This document shows positions 13,386 through 27,552 of a stretch of DNA of 64,000 bases, piece after piece. The notes beneath the pieces are model-generated. The model was not told where the DNA came from, did not search any database, and saw only the letters and a program-made list of their open reading frames with translations. The position numbers were made by a program, and so were the translations under genes. The first letter of the stretch is position 1. Each line of letters opens with the position of its first letter. Source of the stretch: Octopus vulgaris (taxonomy: Eukaryota); the NCBI GenBank assembly GCA_951406725.2, contig OX597823.1, forward strand, positions 8,990,001-9,054,000. Direction: 5' to 3'.

Positions 13386-14127
13386 GAATTATAATATGTC
13401 ATATAAGGATAAAACAGAGATCATCACACAGCAGTAAAGTGCTGTATATTTTGCTTAGTCCACTCAACATATAAAAAATAAATATTAATAAATTACTTGG
13501 AGCCACCAGCCGAGTTTAAAATGTTAATCTTAATCGAAAGAAAAAAAAAAAATCTCATTAACTGCGTATAAAATATGTGTACTTCTATCTCATAGTTTCT
13601 GCCTGTGCAAACATTGGTTCCTTTTGGTATCACTATATTAGAGAGTGTTTCAAAGGCGAAAATATGGCATCTAGTTAGAAGTGGTTGACTAGAGACCGGC
13701 CGGACTGGTCTAAGCTACAAATACCGGTGAATTTATTTTCATCCGGGCTAATACATTTCTGGGAAATGAATAGCCGGAATGTAGTCAAAATGGAATTAAA
13801 GTACCAGAGGCAGTATATATAAATACCTCTGGTACTTTAATTCTACATACAGACACGCACAAACATACATATATTCATGTAGTATATACATACATACATA
13901 CACACATACACACATACGTACATACATACAATCATACATACGTATGTATATAGATAGATACATACGTACATATATGCATGCATGCACACATATATACATA
14001 CGTACATATATACAATCATGCATACGTACGTATATAGATATCTAGATAGAGAGATACATACATACATGCTTGCATGCATACATACATACATACATACATA
14101 CGTACATACATACAATCATACACACGT

Positions 14128-14159
<32 letters not shown>

Positions 14160-15027
14160 ACATGCATACATACATACATACATACACACATACATACATA
14201 CAAACATACTTACATACATACATACTGTGTGTCTTAACATATGTGGCCGTTGGGTTGCACTCTTTTGATTTGTATGGGTGCACCTGCATAAATTCTCAGA
14301 AACAATCTCAACTTCGTGATGTATCATGACTGAGATCTATGCAATTTTTTGCTTAATCAACGACAGTGGTCTACCGTCAGGGAAGTGACAAGAAGACTAA
14401 CGGTGTGTGATTACGTTTTATTGCCCGTCGACAAGTCTTCATGAATAGGAGAAAACTTTCATTACTTTGTGAGTTTTAGAAGCATAAGCCCAAGGGAAGC
14501 AGATCCTGAAAGAAACGCAAAATTGTACTCTGTAGGCAACAACATGTCTTTCTGTGACATTTTCTTGCTTTACAAGTAAGCAAACTAGAAGTGCTGTCTT
14601 TGATTTCCTCTGATCTTCAGTGATGTGTTTGGCGTGAAGGTGATGATACATGGGCAATCCAGGTTTCACACTGAACTCCAAACTTTATTCTTTCTTTTAT
14701 CTCGTTCCTTTTCCTCGTGAAAAGGGCATACGATTTTTGTGGAACGAAGACCCGAAATAGGATGCACAAGTAAATACTAATGGATGAGCATTTGTCGTCG
14801 TTAGAAGGAGCCATTGTGCGTTCACGGAAACGCTGCCGCCTGCCTTAAGTTGACCTACCTACATATTGCGGTTACTTCTTCAGATCAAGAAGGTAAAAGT
14901 GTTTGCGCTTGAGAAATGAACATAATGCACAAAACAATTATTAATAAACATTCAAGAAGTCTGCAGTATTTCAGATCAGAAGCAGAAATTAAAAAAAAAA
15001 AACAGAAATGCTCTCTGGACTAAACAT

Positions 15028-15165
15028 AAGGCGGCGTCAGAACTTCGCAGCATTCCATTCATTTTTACGTTCTGAGTTCAAAATCTACTGTGGTTGACTT
15101 TGCTTTTTATCCTTTCAGACTCGATAATATAAGTACCATGGCCACATGGCCGATGTAATCAGCTT
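15028..15165 (+). mobile_element. SINE family B, degenerate
   Basis: AAGGCGGCG...ACGTTCTGAGTTCAAA...GACTTTGC...TCGATAA..AAGTACC. Confidence 0.6.
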
Positions 15166-15231
15166 ACTGTTTACTCCGAAATTGCTGACCTTGAGCCAAA
15201 ACGTAACACCATTATAACTGAGCATGGAACT

Positions 15232-15313
<82 letters not shown>

Positions 15314-15783
15314 TGAGAAAGTTGGTGTGTGAAAGCACGTGGTTGAATATATAGAAAATAGTAAAAAGTGAAAAAACTACAGAAGGCTTGTTTTAAAAGG
15401 TTAAAAAATATATATTTGAGTCATTATGTCAGAAGAATGTTATAATTTTTTTTCCTACAGTGACATAGTTTTTGAAGAAATTACCGGTTTCGTGTTTAAC
15501 TTCTCAAAACATTGTTATGATTTCGTTAGGAAGTGTAAAAAGACCTATATATATAGGTCTGTGAGTATCACGTAAGGGTAGAGATGGAAACGATATCCTC
15601 CCTTGCAAATACTATATACGGACACAAATTGTGTGTCGATAGCCTGCTAGAAAAGATTTTTCCTGGGGCTAAAACAACAGTAACATCTTCTTTTAGAGGA
15701 CTGTTAAATTCTTTAGGCATACAAGCATTATGATTCGGTACCGTTACTGTATATTTCTCGCTCAGGGATTTAAAACAAGTTGT

Positions 15784-15824
<41 letters not shown>

Positions 15825-16227
15825 TCTCACTATATATATATATATATCAATGCTAAATTTTACGGGGAAGATAAAAATGCCAATTCGTTTATCTGAGGAA
15901 AGAACACTTTTGTAAGGTTAACGAATAGTCATATCAATTAATCAAACGCTTCCTCTGAACTGAGTATTCTGGCCCTTTTATACCGTTGCGCTTAAACGGA
16001 AGTTGTGCCAGTGCAATTTTCCCAGATATGTCATAATTATCTTGATTGCTTATTCAATTCCTTTAACGTTCGTAATGAATCACTTAATAGAACTTCTTTT
16101 AGTACCTGTGAAATCAATGATTCAAAGATTGCTGATAAAGATTTATTGGAACATGAAGATGGTGGAGAAAATTTTGATTTTAATTTTAGTTACGTATGTA
16201 ATAAATGAGAAGTTAAGCGATTATAGT

Positions 16228-17870
16228 AGTACTGTAGCATCTCGCAATACGAGTGCAGCATTGCACGAGTAATTTGCTGTACAAGCCAAGGTTCGTGCGA
16301 ATTTTTGTCTTAAAGTACGAGCGAAAATCCGTAGAACGAGCGACTTTCATACGAGCAACCGCTAGTCGGCGTTTAGCTCGCATACGCTCTCCCAAGAAGC
16401 GCGGGTCCCGCCCGCTCAGTTCATGTGCTTATCTCGTTGTGGTAGTATCGCTGTTGTGTTTTTAACCCAGCGTTTTTTTTTTTTTTAGTTTTGTGCATTT
16501 ATTGCTATTTTTGTATAATAAACATTTGTGTTAGTCATGGGTCCTAAAATGATAGTGCAAATGACAGTGCTGAGAAGAATTAAAAGCTGAGTACGATAGA
16601 ACTGAAGGAGGAAATTATTGATAAACATGAGAGAGGAGTGCTGTAGTGGACATAGCACGTCAGTACGACCGAAGCACGTTGACGATCTGCACCACCCTAA
16701 AGAAAAACGACGAGATCAAGGCCGTTACCATAGCAAAAGCTGTCAACGCACATCTGTTCAGGCTCTCCAGGCTCTCTAAGCAACGCTCATCTGTTCATGG
16801 AAAGGATGGAAAAAATCGTTTCTCCTGTGGATCGGCGAGGAGCAACTCTCAGGGGATGCGGTAACGGAGACCATCATCTGTGAGAAGGCACGTTCGCAGT
16901 ATGGGCATCTCCTGAAGCAGAACCCTGGAACATCGACGGAGGAGACACGAGCAGTTGCACTTAAGGCCAGCCGCGGCTGGTTTGATAATTTCAAGAAGAA
17001 GACTGGTGTTCATAGAGTCGTCATGTATGGGAAGGCAGGGTTTTCTGACACTAAGAATTCGTACGTGAATTCTGTAAACTAATCGCAGCCGAGGGGTACA
17101 TCGCACAACAGGAATTCAACTGTGACGAAACTGGCCATTTTTGGAAAAATACCCAGAAGAATCTATATAACTGGAAAGGAGGAGAAAATACCCGGCTACA
17201 AGCCTATGAAAGATAGGTTAACTCTTGCCCTTTGTGCTAATGCAAGTGGAAACTTCAAGATTTAGCCGCTCCTTTGCTACCTTTCCGAAAAGTAACTAGC
17301 GTTCCAATCACACATAATCCTGAAGAAGAACCTGCAGGTCATATTGAGGACAAACGTTAAAGCCTGGGTCATCAGGCAATTCTTCTCCGAGTGGGTCAAC
17401 CTTGTCTTCGAACCTGCAGTGAAAAAGTATCTTCTGGAGAACAATTTTCCTCTCAAGTCCCTCTTCATCCTCAACTATGCTCCTGCTCACCCCCTTAACC
17501 TCCAAAACGATATCCTGGAGGAAATTAAATTTATAAACATTATGTACATTTCACGCAACGCCACACCTATCTTGCAGCCCATGGACCAACAAGGTATTTC
17601 TAAATGTAAGAAATTGCACACCAAACACCTCTTTCATCAGCGCTTTGAAGTCACCGAAAATACAAATCTAACCCTTCGTGAGTTTTTGAAGGGAGTACTA
17701 CAACGTTGTAAACTTTCTGAAAATCATCGATATAGCCTGGCAGTGTAGCGGAGGACAATGTAGCGGAGAATGCTATCTCTAGGAGTGACATAAAGCAATG
17801 TTAACATAGTGGGAGTATGTTTCTGAATTTATGGAAAAATATCATCCTGAATAAGTAGCTAGAGGTCATG
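16228..17870 (+). mobile_element. Tigger/pogo DNA transposon with disrupted transposase
   Basis: ATG near 16537; fragments TIELKEEIIDKHERG, KASRGWFDNFKKK (CENP-B HTH), FNCDETG, KDRLTLALCANASG, NYAPAHP and LQPMDQ (DDE). Multiple stops and frameshifts. Confidence 0.9.
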
Positions 17871-17953
17871 TTCTAAAATCGATTAAGGTTATTAGTAATT
17901 TTTTTTTCAATCTGCGGAGAAATGGTATGAATTTGCCTTTGTTATAATTACAC

Positions 17954-18006
<53 letters not shown>

Positions 18007-18404
18007 ATAACAAAAATAGATTAGATGCTGGTTGCATCCCGTTGTTTCTTACTGTTACATATAGTCAATCATTGTTGAAGCAAGTGAAAAACCATCGCAA
18101 TGGTTTCCAACAATTACAACCATTAAGATTAGGGTAAAAACTTTCTTTCATATACATAACGTGTGTCCGGTTTAACACCGCCCTCTGATTGCTGAGGACC
18201 TTTATCAAAGTCTTTTGTGTTGCATATATTCGGTTCAAGATTCTAGACTAAGGATAACGTCCTCCTTTCTCCTAGTTGTCAATTACAGACGAAAATAGCC
18301 TATGGTACTGCATTTTATCTACTGATTAAGCCATTATAATACCGTGTCCAATCAATGTTGCGGAAAGCAATTTCATCGGTTTAATATAAATATCTATTTA
18401 GATA

Positions 18405-18801
18405 TCTTTATATATAAAAGTCAAGTTGTGTGTCTGTCTCCTACGATTTAGATTCCTAACTACTCCCACATTTTGCGGTGCAGTTTAACCAAAACCGGGT
18501 ATCTTATAGTCGTGATTCATATCGAGCCCTTCTGGGTATTAGCGCGCGTCTACGATGAGTCTACGATTAAAAAAGAATTACCATCATTTTTTTCCATTTT
18601 AATGCATTTTTTCGCTATTATATAAGAGAAGTAACTCTCTAAAATGTCTACGATGAGTCAACGATTTAAAAAAAAAATTTACCATAATTTTTTTTTCCAT
18701 TTTTAATGCATTTTTTTGCTATTTTTTGGCTATAACTCTCTAAAAATGCTTATATAGTTATTTCCCTTACAAACCCGAGCAACGCCGGGCGATACTGCTA
18801 G
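18405..18801 (+). mobile_element. Non-autonomous Helitron
   Basis: A|TC 5' end, subterminal hairpin CCCG-AGCAACGC-CGGG, CTAG|T 3' end, no TSD. Confidence 0.85.
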
Positions 18802-19359
18802 TATTTTATAAACCAGCACTAAAATATTACCAGTCTCTGTCAAATTCAAACTAAAGCTATCTGGTTCTTAAAATTGTGTGCATTGGACAGATTTCAACTT
18901 TCAGAAATCTCTTGCATGTAATGGATAAGTTGAAATCTACGAAACCGCATATGTGCCATATGTCAAGTTCCACAGTCTGGTATGGCTATGTTTTATTACA
19001 TACATCACAGATTATCGTGTCTAGCCGAAAGTTTGATGGGAATTAAAAAAATTTTATCAATGATATGACATCTTTTCACTTTGTCACAGCAATAACGTAT
19101 AACTCTGTTTAATGCCTTATGGTTATGTATTTTTATATTCTTCGATTATGTATTTATAGTCGTAAGCAAGATATAAGGAATCACAAAATGTATTATCCAA
19201 TAGGCGTGGCTATGTGGTATAAAGAATAGACACCAAGCTGAAAATAAATATCTATCATAGAAATTGCTATGCATAACAGTTTAGGCATGAAAAAAAAGAA
19301 AGTTTTGTGAGACTAGTTTTGTGAGATGAGTAGTTTTGGGCAACTGCATTTGAGAAAAA

Positions 19360-19411
<52 letters not shown>

Positions 19412-19549
19412 GTGTGTGCGTGCGCTTGCGTGTGCGTATACATATATAAATCTTTAAATTGTTTCAGCTTTAAAGCTGCGGTCATGTTAGGGCACCACCG
19501 TACACACTTACAATCGCGCACATATTATTAAATGTGTAAATTGTATATA

Positions 19550-19738
19550 AGGGATAAAAAAGAATACAGTTCTATATTTATGAGATGAGGAATTATGTAC
19601 GTTATTTACATTCGACGTCTATTTGCTCTCATTTGTTTGTTAACACGTTTCGTCTGATATATCCTCCAGCCGTCATCAGGTGTCTTGGGGAAATTTCGAA
19701 TCTGGGTTCTCATTCCTAAGGTATATTTTTCGATGTTA

Positions 19739-19812
<74 letters not shown>

Positions 19813-19817
19813 TTTAC

Positions 19818-19883
<66 letters not shown>

Positions 19884-19926
19884 CATTATTATTATTGTTC
19901 AGATCACTGCTTGGAATCGAACTCGC
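19550..19926 (-). mobile_element. Inverted, head-truncated copy of the tRNA-head/HHR element, with expanded (AAT)n
   Basis: Reverse complement of about 19978-20165. HHR remnant GACAC CTGATGA C GGCTG..CAGAC GAAAC at about 19640-19684. Confidence 0.75.
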
Positions 19927-20178
19927 GTGGGCATATGGCGTACTGGTTAAGAACGCGGGCTACTAACCCTAAGATTCCGAGTTCGATTCGAAGCAGTGAC
20001 CTGAACAACAACAACAACATCGAAAAATATACCTTAGGAATGAGAACCCAGGTTCGAAATTTCCCCAAGACACCTGAAGAAGGCTGGAGGGTATATCAGC
20101 CGAAACGTTGTGTTAACAACAAACAAGATGAGGACAAATGTCCGTCAAATGTAAGTAATGTAAATAATGTAAATAACA
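19927..20178 (+). mobile_element. SINE-like element: tRNA-derived head, (AAC)n, hammerhead-bearing tail
   Basis: A box TGGCGTACTGG 19936-19946, B box GAGTTCGATTC 19979-19989, HHR 20069-20114. Confidence 0.75.
20069..20114 (+). ncRNA. Minimal type I hammerhead (palindromic ACGU helix III)
   Basis: GACAC CTGAAGA A GGCTG-GAGGGTATAT-CAGCC GAAA CGT T GTGTT. Confidence 0.7.
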
Positions 20179-20423
20179 TGGATAAAAAAGAAATTACGTT
20201 GATTCCGCATAAAGTACTGTAGAAACAAAATCAACACAAGCAATTGGAGCAGGATAAGGAGTTACTGAAATCTCAAATTCTACAAAGAAAACACTTGTAC
20301 AATCGCGCACATATTATTAAACGAATGTGTAAATTGTAACAGGGATCAGAACGAATGAATGGCACATGCTTCTGCAAACAAAAATGTATGTTGAACAAAT
20401 ATAAATTAGAAGTGGTCATAGTG

Positions 20424-20580
20424 AGGAGTGGCTGTGTGGTAAGTAACTTGTTTACCAACCACATGGTTCCGGGTTCAGTCCCACTGCGCGGCACCTTGGG
20501 CAAGTGTCTTCTACTATAGCCTCGGGCCGACCAAAGCCTTGTGAGTGGATTTGGTAGACGGAAACTGAAAGAAGCCCGTC

Positions 20581-20615
<35 letters not shown>

Positions 20616-20617
20616 TG

Positions 20618-20692
<75 letters not shown>

Positions 20693-20894
20693 TTGTGTGT
20701 CTGTGTTTGTCCCCCTAGCATTGCTTGACACCCAATTCTGGTGTGTTTATGTCCCCGTCACTTAGCGGTTCGGCAAAAGACCCCGATAGAATAAGTACTG
20801 GGCTTACAAAAGAATAAGCCCCGGGGTCGAGTTGCTCGATTAAAGGCGGTGCTCCAGCATGGCCGCAGTCAAATGACTGAAACAAGTAAAAGAG
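20424..20894 (+). mobile_element. SINE family A, full length
   Basis: Colinear with 10538-10998. Confidence 0.85.
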
Positions 20895-21683
20895 AGAGTG
20901 AAAGAGAGAGAGAGAGAGAGAGAGAGATTTTCCTCACTGTTAATCATATTTCTTCTGTTGTATTTTGTTAAATAAATGTTTATGAAATGCGTCGGTATTT
21001 CGAACTTACTCCGAATGTGCTCAGGTATTTGCTTCACATGTAACTGATAATGTTGCTAAAAATTGAGGACAGATTTAAGTTTTGAGCGGAAGGAAAAGTA
21101 AAAAAAAAGGAGATAATTGAGAAAATCTGATTTTGTCAGAGTCAATTATATTGTTTGTCATAACAGAAAGTATAGAGTTAGAACTGTCAGGGTTAATGAT
21201 TTGTATGGCTATTGTGGCATTGCCAAAGCAGTCCATCGCTGCTTCTAGAGAAAATTTGCTTCACCATATGCAGGTATTAGTTGCAAGGCAAATAACTTCA
21301 GCTGGGAGTTTAATTTGAAATACTTTGATAAAGAATATTATGACCAAGGTGGCAGAGTGGTTGATATAAATAGTCTTTGTCAAGTACTGATTCGATTCTT
21401 GCTCTCTTTCTCTGAATCACGAGCACTCCTCTATGAGGAATTGATGAACCACTTACAAAATATCTTTCTTACAAAGCAATCACTTTTATTTTGTGGCTGT
21501 GAAAGCATGCGATCTCTGAAGCTGTGACAAAGTATGGATCAGAACATCCTCCACCTCCTGCATATCATCATATTACACTTATCAAACAGATAGTCACGAT
21601 GGGTATATTGAGCTTCGTATATTCTAGTGTCACTTTGATGGTATACGCTGCTCTCTCACTCAATGCTAATAATAATAATAATA

Positions 21684-21756
<73 letters not shown>

Positions 21757-21757
<1 letters not shown>

Positions 21758-22269
21758 TTAACTGATTGCAAGTGTTATCATGTACATTGTTTTGTCTTGG
21801 TATAAAAGATGGGCTACAGCAAATATTCTGCTCAATACCACAGATTTGCTTGTCAGTTGTTTGACCTTAACCAGTTGAGCATTTCCCTTAGTGGCTGACG
21901 ATATGTGCATCTCTGATCACGAGCAGAAGTAGTGGGGGAGCATCGTAGCCATGTGTTGAGAGGGATTCTTTGGGGTTTGAATAATTCACCTCTGGAAATA
22001 TGGGTGTTTCGTTCAACATCCTTAAACAACCCTTATTCAGGGACCTTTTGAGCGGGATGGGTTACTCGATCTGAAGAAAATTCTAACTGGGCCCCACCCG
22101 CAAGGTCATGTGCTGTTTATCTTGATATAAGATCACCATGTCGCGCACATATGGTTGTGATGCATGTGCCTGGTGTACCTTTACCAGACGGGTAGTCATG
22201 TTGGGTATATTGGGCTAATCGTATATTTTACCCCAGTGTCACTTTGATGGCATGAACTGCCCTAATCAC

Positions 22270-22270
<1 letters not shown>
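21757..22270 (+). mobile_element. Non-coding (TAA)n-flanked retroposon family D
   Basis: Near-identical to the inverted copy at 22813-23362; ends in (AAT)n. A short 3' fragment also lies at 21575-21661. Confidence 0.75.
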
Positions 22271-22330
<60 letters not shown>

Positions 22331-22349
22331 TAATAGCAACAACGAAGAA

Positions 22350-22610
22350 GAAAGTGAACGTGATACCAGTAGGAAATGGTGCACTTGGAAATATCAGCTT
22401 CCAACAACCAACATCTCTTAAAACGATTGGTACATGTGTTCTCATAGAACACCCACAAGGATTATCATTGCTAGGAACTAAAAGAGTGCTTGGCAGGGTT
22501 CTTGAAATATGATCATTAAACAAGTGCTACCTTAGTCTGCTGGTTGAGGACAGCCGACAAGTTCCATCATACCCATCAAAATAAAGCTAGGGAACTTTCA
22601 TGATATAATA
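22350..22610 (+). mobile_element. Dong/R4-type RLE LINE 3' end
   Basis: VNVIPVGNGALGNIS...LSLLGTKRVLGRVLEI* followed by a 3' UTR ending TAATAAT. Confidence 0.65.
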
Positions 22611-22737
22611 ATGGTTCAGATGTTGGCAGAGGGTCAACAATTTTTAGAGCAGGAGAAAGACAATTACAACCCGTGTTCAGCTGGTACTTATTTTATCGAC
22701 CACGAAATGATGAAACTCAAAATGACTAATAGCGAAT

Positions 22738-22812
<75 letters not shown>

Positions 22813-23362
22813 GAGTGAGAAGCAGTTCATGCCATCAAAGTGTCACTGGGGTAAAATATACGAAGCCCAATATACCCATCATGACTACCCGTCTGATAAG
22901 GGTACACCAGGCACATGCATCACAACCATATGTGCGCAACATGGTGATCTCATATCAAGATAAACAGCACATGACCTTGCAGGTGGGGCCCAGTTAGAAT
23001 TTTCTTCAGATCGAGTAACCCATCCCGCTCAAAAGGTCCCTGAATAAGGGTTGTTTAAGGATGTTGAACGAAACACCCATGTTTCCAGAGGTGAATTATT
23101 CAAACCCCAAAGAATCCCTCTCAACACATGGCTACGATGCTCCCCCACTACTTCTGCTCGTGATCAGAGATGCACATATCGTCAGCCACTAAGGGACATG
23201 CTCAACTGGTTAAAGTCAAACAACTGACAAGCAAATCTGTGGTATTGAGCAGAATATTTGCTTTAGCCCATCTTTTATACCAAGACAAAACAATGTACAT
23301 GATAACACTTCCAATCAATTAAGATCAGAAGCCATGAGAGCCACTGCTTGGTACTGCATCAG
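22813..23362 (-). mobile_element. Family D retroposon, inverted copy
   Basis: Reverse complement of 21757-22270 plus about 40 extra 5' bases; (TTA)n on both sides. Confidence 0.75.
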
Positions 23363-23373
23363 TATTATTATTA

Positions 23374-23465
<92 letters not shown>

Positions 23466-23477
23466 GTTATTATTATT

Positions 23478-23987
23478 TTGTCTTTGCACAGCTTCTAATT
23501 CTGCCGATATACTATGGTTCCATCTGTTCACTACCAGTGAACTAAGGCAACACCCCTTATTTTTCTAGCACAGTCTGGAGTATTCGAGCGGTTCCAAGCA
23601 GTGCTGTTTTCTGCAAGTGCTCCACATTTATTGCATCGCCGATTTGTTCCATGGTTGCTTTCTCATCTTCTGTGACCTTTTCTGGTGTGTTCTTATAACA
23701 TCTTTTTTCTGTTGTTATTCCATAGTGTTGGCATAGCGTCCAGTGTATGTAGGTCCCAACTCTGTCGTGTCGGCGAATATATTCCTTCTTAGCCAGGAGT
23801 CGGCAGCCAGAGATAATATGATTTATGGTGACTTGGCCATCTGCACATATTCTGCAGTTACTTATGTTTATTTTCATTATATGTTTTTGGTAATTTCTGA
23901 TGGGGAGGCTGCAATTAAAAATCTTTTTGTTTCTGCTTTGAGTACTGAGCTTCTCGGCCATTGCTGGGATTTTGCTTTGTCTCTTTC

Positions 23988-23990
<3 letters not shown>
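23478..23990 (-). mobile_element. Dong/R4-type LINE 3' fragment (CCHC knuckle; endonuclease deleted)
   Basis: CRICADGQVTINHIISGC...YIRRHDRVG..IHWTLC...LQKTALLGTARILQTVLEK*; flanked by (TAA)n. Confidence 0.8.
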
Positions 23991-24066
<76 letters not shown>

Positions 24067-24107
24067 TATTATTGTTGTTGATGGTGGTGGTGCTGTCGTC
24101 GTCGTCG

Positions 24108-24141
<34 letters not shown>

Positions 24142-24149
24142 TATTATTA

Positions 24150-24201
<52 letters not shown>

Positions 24202-24211
24202 CATTATTATT

Positions 24212-24478
24212 TAAGAATGTCGCACAGTATCCAATATCGTGAGGTTGTTGATTGAAGATATTGTGTCTACCGGGGGTTTGTACTGTTTGTCAAGTCACAA
24301 CAAGGACCTCAGACAGACAGTACTTTACACAATATGTATGCTGTTCCAAGTAATGGCGATTTTTGCAATACACCTAGATTGTAGAGTATTTCTAAAGTTT
24401 CTAAATGTTTTTTTTTTCATGTTAGGTAATATTGAACCCAATGCTCCAATCAGAATAGGGATAACTTTTATGATTGAC
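24212..24478 (-). mobile_element. Dong/R4-type LINE 3' end
   Basis: IIKVIPILIGALGSI...LQKSPLLGTAYILCKVLSV*, then a UTR running into (TAA)n. Confidence 0.7.
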
Positions 24479-24603
24479 TCTTGTTGCTGCTACACTGGGG
24501 ACGATGTAATCGACTAGCCCCCTTCACCCCAAAATTTCGAGGCTTTGTGCCTAGAGTAGAAATAATAATAATAATAGTAATAATAATAATAATAATAATA
24601 ATG

Positions 24604-24710
<107 letters not shown>

Positions 24711-24894
24711 TATTATATGTTTGAAATTTGCTTTGTATTTGTACAAGTTGACTTGTACAAATGATGTTTTCTTGTTTTCATGCTTTAAGACAATATTTAA
24801 GACACGCTTTTAAGACAAGTTTTAAATAGTAATTGGCGCACTTGGAAGTATCAGCAGTCAGCTACCAACATGGTTCAAAAAGATTGGTACAAAA

Positions 24895-26845
24895 ATCCAT
24901 CAGATAGATCCAGTTTCGAAAACATTTTGCCATCATTTAATTCTGCAAAAATATCCTCCAGAGTAGGCAGTGGATAGTAGCACATTTTTAGACAGTCACT
25001 CAAACCAGTAGAAAAAAAAGCAGACAGCCTAATTTTGTTATTGGTGCTGCCCAGTTAGAAATCTCTACTTTTTCAATAATTCCCATCTTCTCAAATATGG
25101 ATAATTCTTCCTCTGCCTGCTTTAGCGCAGCAAACAGTACCATTATATTTGATTTAAATACAGGTACGACGTTTTCCTTTGATTGAAAACGGGCTTCAGT
25201 CTTAGAAATGAGACTTAATTTATCCGACAGCTCTTCAGAAAACAAGTTTAAACAATTTTGTTCCAATTCAGCTACTGAGTTATTTTAACTGGTGTGACAG
25301 CTTTTTATGTTTTTACAGAACAGTCTTATGGGGAGGTCTCATGAATCATACAACTCCAATCAGTCCGTAGCGAACAGACTAGTTGCGTGTTTTACCACGA
25401 AAACTTTTGCTCTACAAGTTTTTCCCCGAAATGTGATATCACTCCACATTTCGCCTACGCAGTGTAGTTCTTCATCTGTCACACCTCGTGCAATTTTTTA
25501 ATGTTTTCTTAACGTAGGTTTCCCAATTCTTATCCACCTGTCGGTATCAATAATCGAAATGTTACTACCGGTATCTACTTGTAATTTAATATTCACTTCG
25601 TTTACTTTTACATGTACAAATTTCTCTTTTTGGTGTCGCTTCGACTTTCCGTTGAGAAAACTTTAGAATTTTTTTATGTTCGACATTACTAAATTTGGTC
25701 TGCAATGCGAGTTCTTGTGTCCTGCATTTTGACAACTGTAACAATTTTACGTTTTGAGAGGAAAATCGGTCCTGCAATGTAGGGTTTCACAACCATAGCA
25801 TGGATTTGGTCTTAATATTTTTTTTATTTACACCTTTCCGGTCGGTACGCTTGTACTTGTGAGAACTCAACTTCAATTTTCTTTATGTCTTGACGTAAGT
25901 TTACCATTCTTTGACACTCATTTGCAACTACCTGCAGGGTTTAACTTTGGTCAGCTTGTTCAGGTCTTGTGAGAATTCTTGCATGTATCTCGGAATATTT
26001 GTTTGCCGTAAGCCCTTGTACAAAAACGAAGCACTTAAAAATGTCAAGAATTAGTTCCTTCAGTTTAAACATTTTGCACATTCGTGACAAAATTTTTATC
26101 CTCCCTTTTATCTAGATTCCAACACTTTTATAGAGTGTTAAATATGGAACTCTTATTACTGAATATTTTTCATAGTAGCTCGACTGTTTCCTGGAAACAC
26201 ATTTCCCGGGTGTTTTCAGTAGTATGAAATTACAATTTTTTCATGTTCAGCCGGCGCTTATCTACATAATAATAGTCATACATTTTCTTCACGACTTGCA
26301 ATTTTCCCTGAAGTTTTCTCCGTACTTTCTAAAGAACGTTATACCCTCCTCTGGGTGATAACTGAACTCTGTTATAGATTTCGATACGTCGTCTGGCGTA
26401 AACGAACTTACAGTGTTTTCGAACTTCTTAAGACATGACTCTATTAACTGTTGTTGCTTTGCTTGTTGCTGAAGTAGTTGTTTCTGCAACTCCTCGTTGC
26501 TGTTGTTGCTGCTGTTTTTGCATCTGTGTCATAGAAGCTAATAGGTCTCCCATCATTAACAACTCTGTATCACAAAAATTTGTTAACTGACCTGCGTGAG
26601 CTTCGAATCCTCGCCGCCAATTATTGTAACATACCCGTCGCAAGTTATTCTAGTATCGTCACTATTTATGACGATACTTGTTTACACTGTAACCGTATAG
26701 TAACAATAAAATATATAACGAAACAGAGTGACAACAACGCAGCAATCCAACAAACTCTCCAGAAATTATACACGAACTAATAAACGATATTCCGACAAAC
26801 TACCAAAACAACACCTGACGACTACCTGCAATTAACGCCTACTCT
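24895..26845 (-). mobile_element. Gypsy (Mag-like) LTR retrotransposon remnant: LTR, PBS, gag, protease, start of RT
   Basis: LTR end ...GTTACA at 26625, PBS TGGCGGCGAGG at about 26609-26619, Q-rich gag start, protease LQVDTGSNISII at about 25585, GIIEKVEISNWAAPI, LPTLEDIFAELNDGKMFSKLDLSD. Confidence 0.85.
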
Positions 26846-27042
26846 TTCTGTTTCTTTATTAGCCACAAGGGCCCAGGATAGAGTAGGACAAAGAAGCACA
26901 GACAGGACACCACAGAGGGGACAATACTTAAAACGAATATTAATGAGATGATTATATAACAATGAGGTTATGATTGGCTGCATGCGCAACTCATCACCTT
27001 CAGTACCATTAATCTTTTTTTACAGTCCATTTTTATCATGTA

Positions 27043-27347
27043 CTAGCAGTATCGCCCGGCGTTGCTCGGGTTTGTAAGGGAAATAACTATATAGACATTT
27101 TTAGAGAGTTACTTCCCTAATATAATAGCGAAAAAATACATTAAAAATGGAAAAAAATGATGGTAATTTTTTTTTTTAAATCGTAGACTCATCGTACACG
27201 CGCGCTAATACCCAGAAGGGCTCGATATGAATCACGACTATAAGATACCCGCTTTTGGTTACACTGCACCGCAAAATGTGGGAGTTAGTTTAGGAATCTA
27301 AATCGTAGGAGACAGACTGCACACAACCTCACTTTTATATATAAATA
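27043..27347 (-). mobile_element. Non-autonomous Helitron (same family as 18405)
   Basis: CTAG/hairpin end and matching interior with an internal deletion. Confidence 0.85.
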
Positions 27348-27552
27348 TTTACATAACAATTAATTATCGTGTTACATACCATTGCAAGTATTTGCACCGT
27401 TATATACATTCTCTACAATTGTTCTTCTATTTTTCAATATTTTTAAAACATAACATAAAACATTTTACTCTTTCTTTTTTTCCTTTTTCCTCCTTTTTCT
27501 TTTTTTTCCTGTTAAATTAACATACTTATATTTTTAACACCTACTCTTTCAT

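Noticed and set aside
14225-14930. Higher-complexity segment that might be an exon or transposon
   Set aside because: No recognisable motif or sustained ORF in any frame.
19929-20001. Genuine tRNA gene (also the heads of SINE families A, B and C)
   Set aside because: No convincing acceptor stem or cloverleaf, and each continues into a repeat body; these are tRNA-derived heads.
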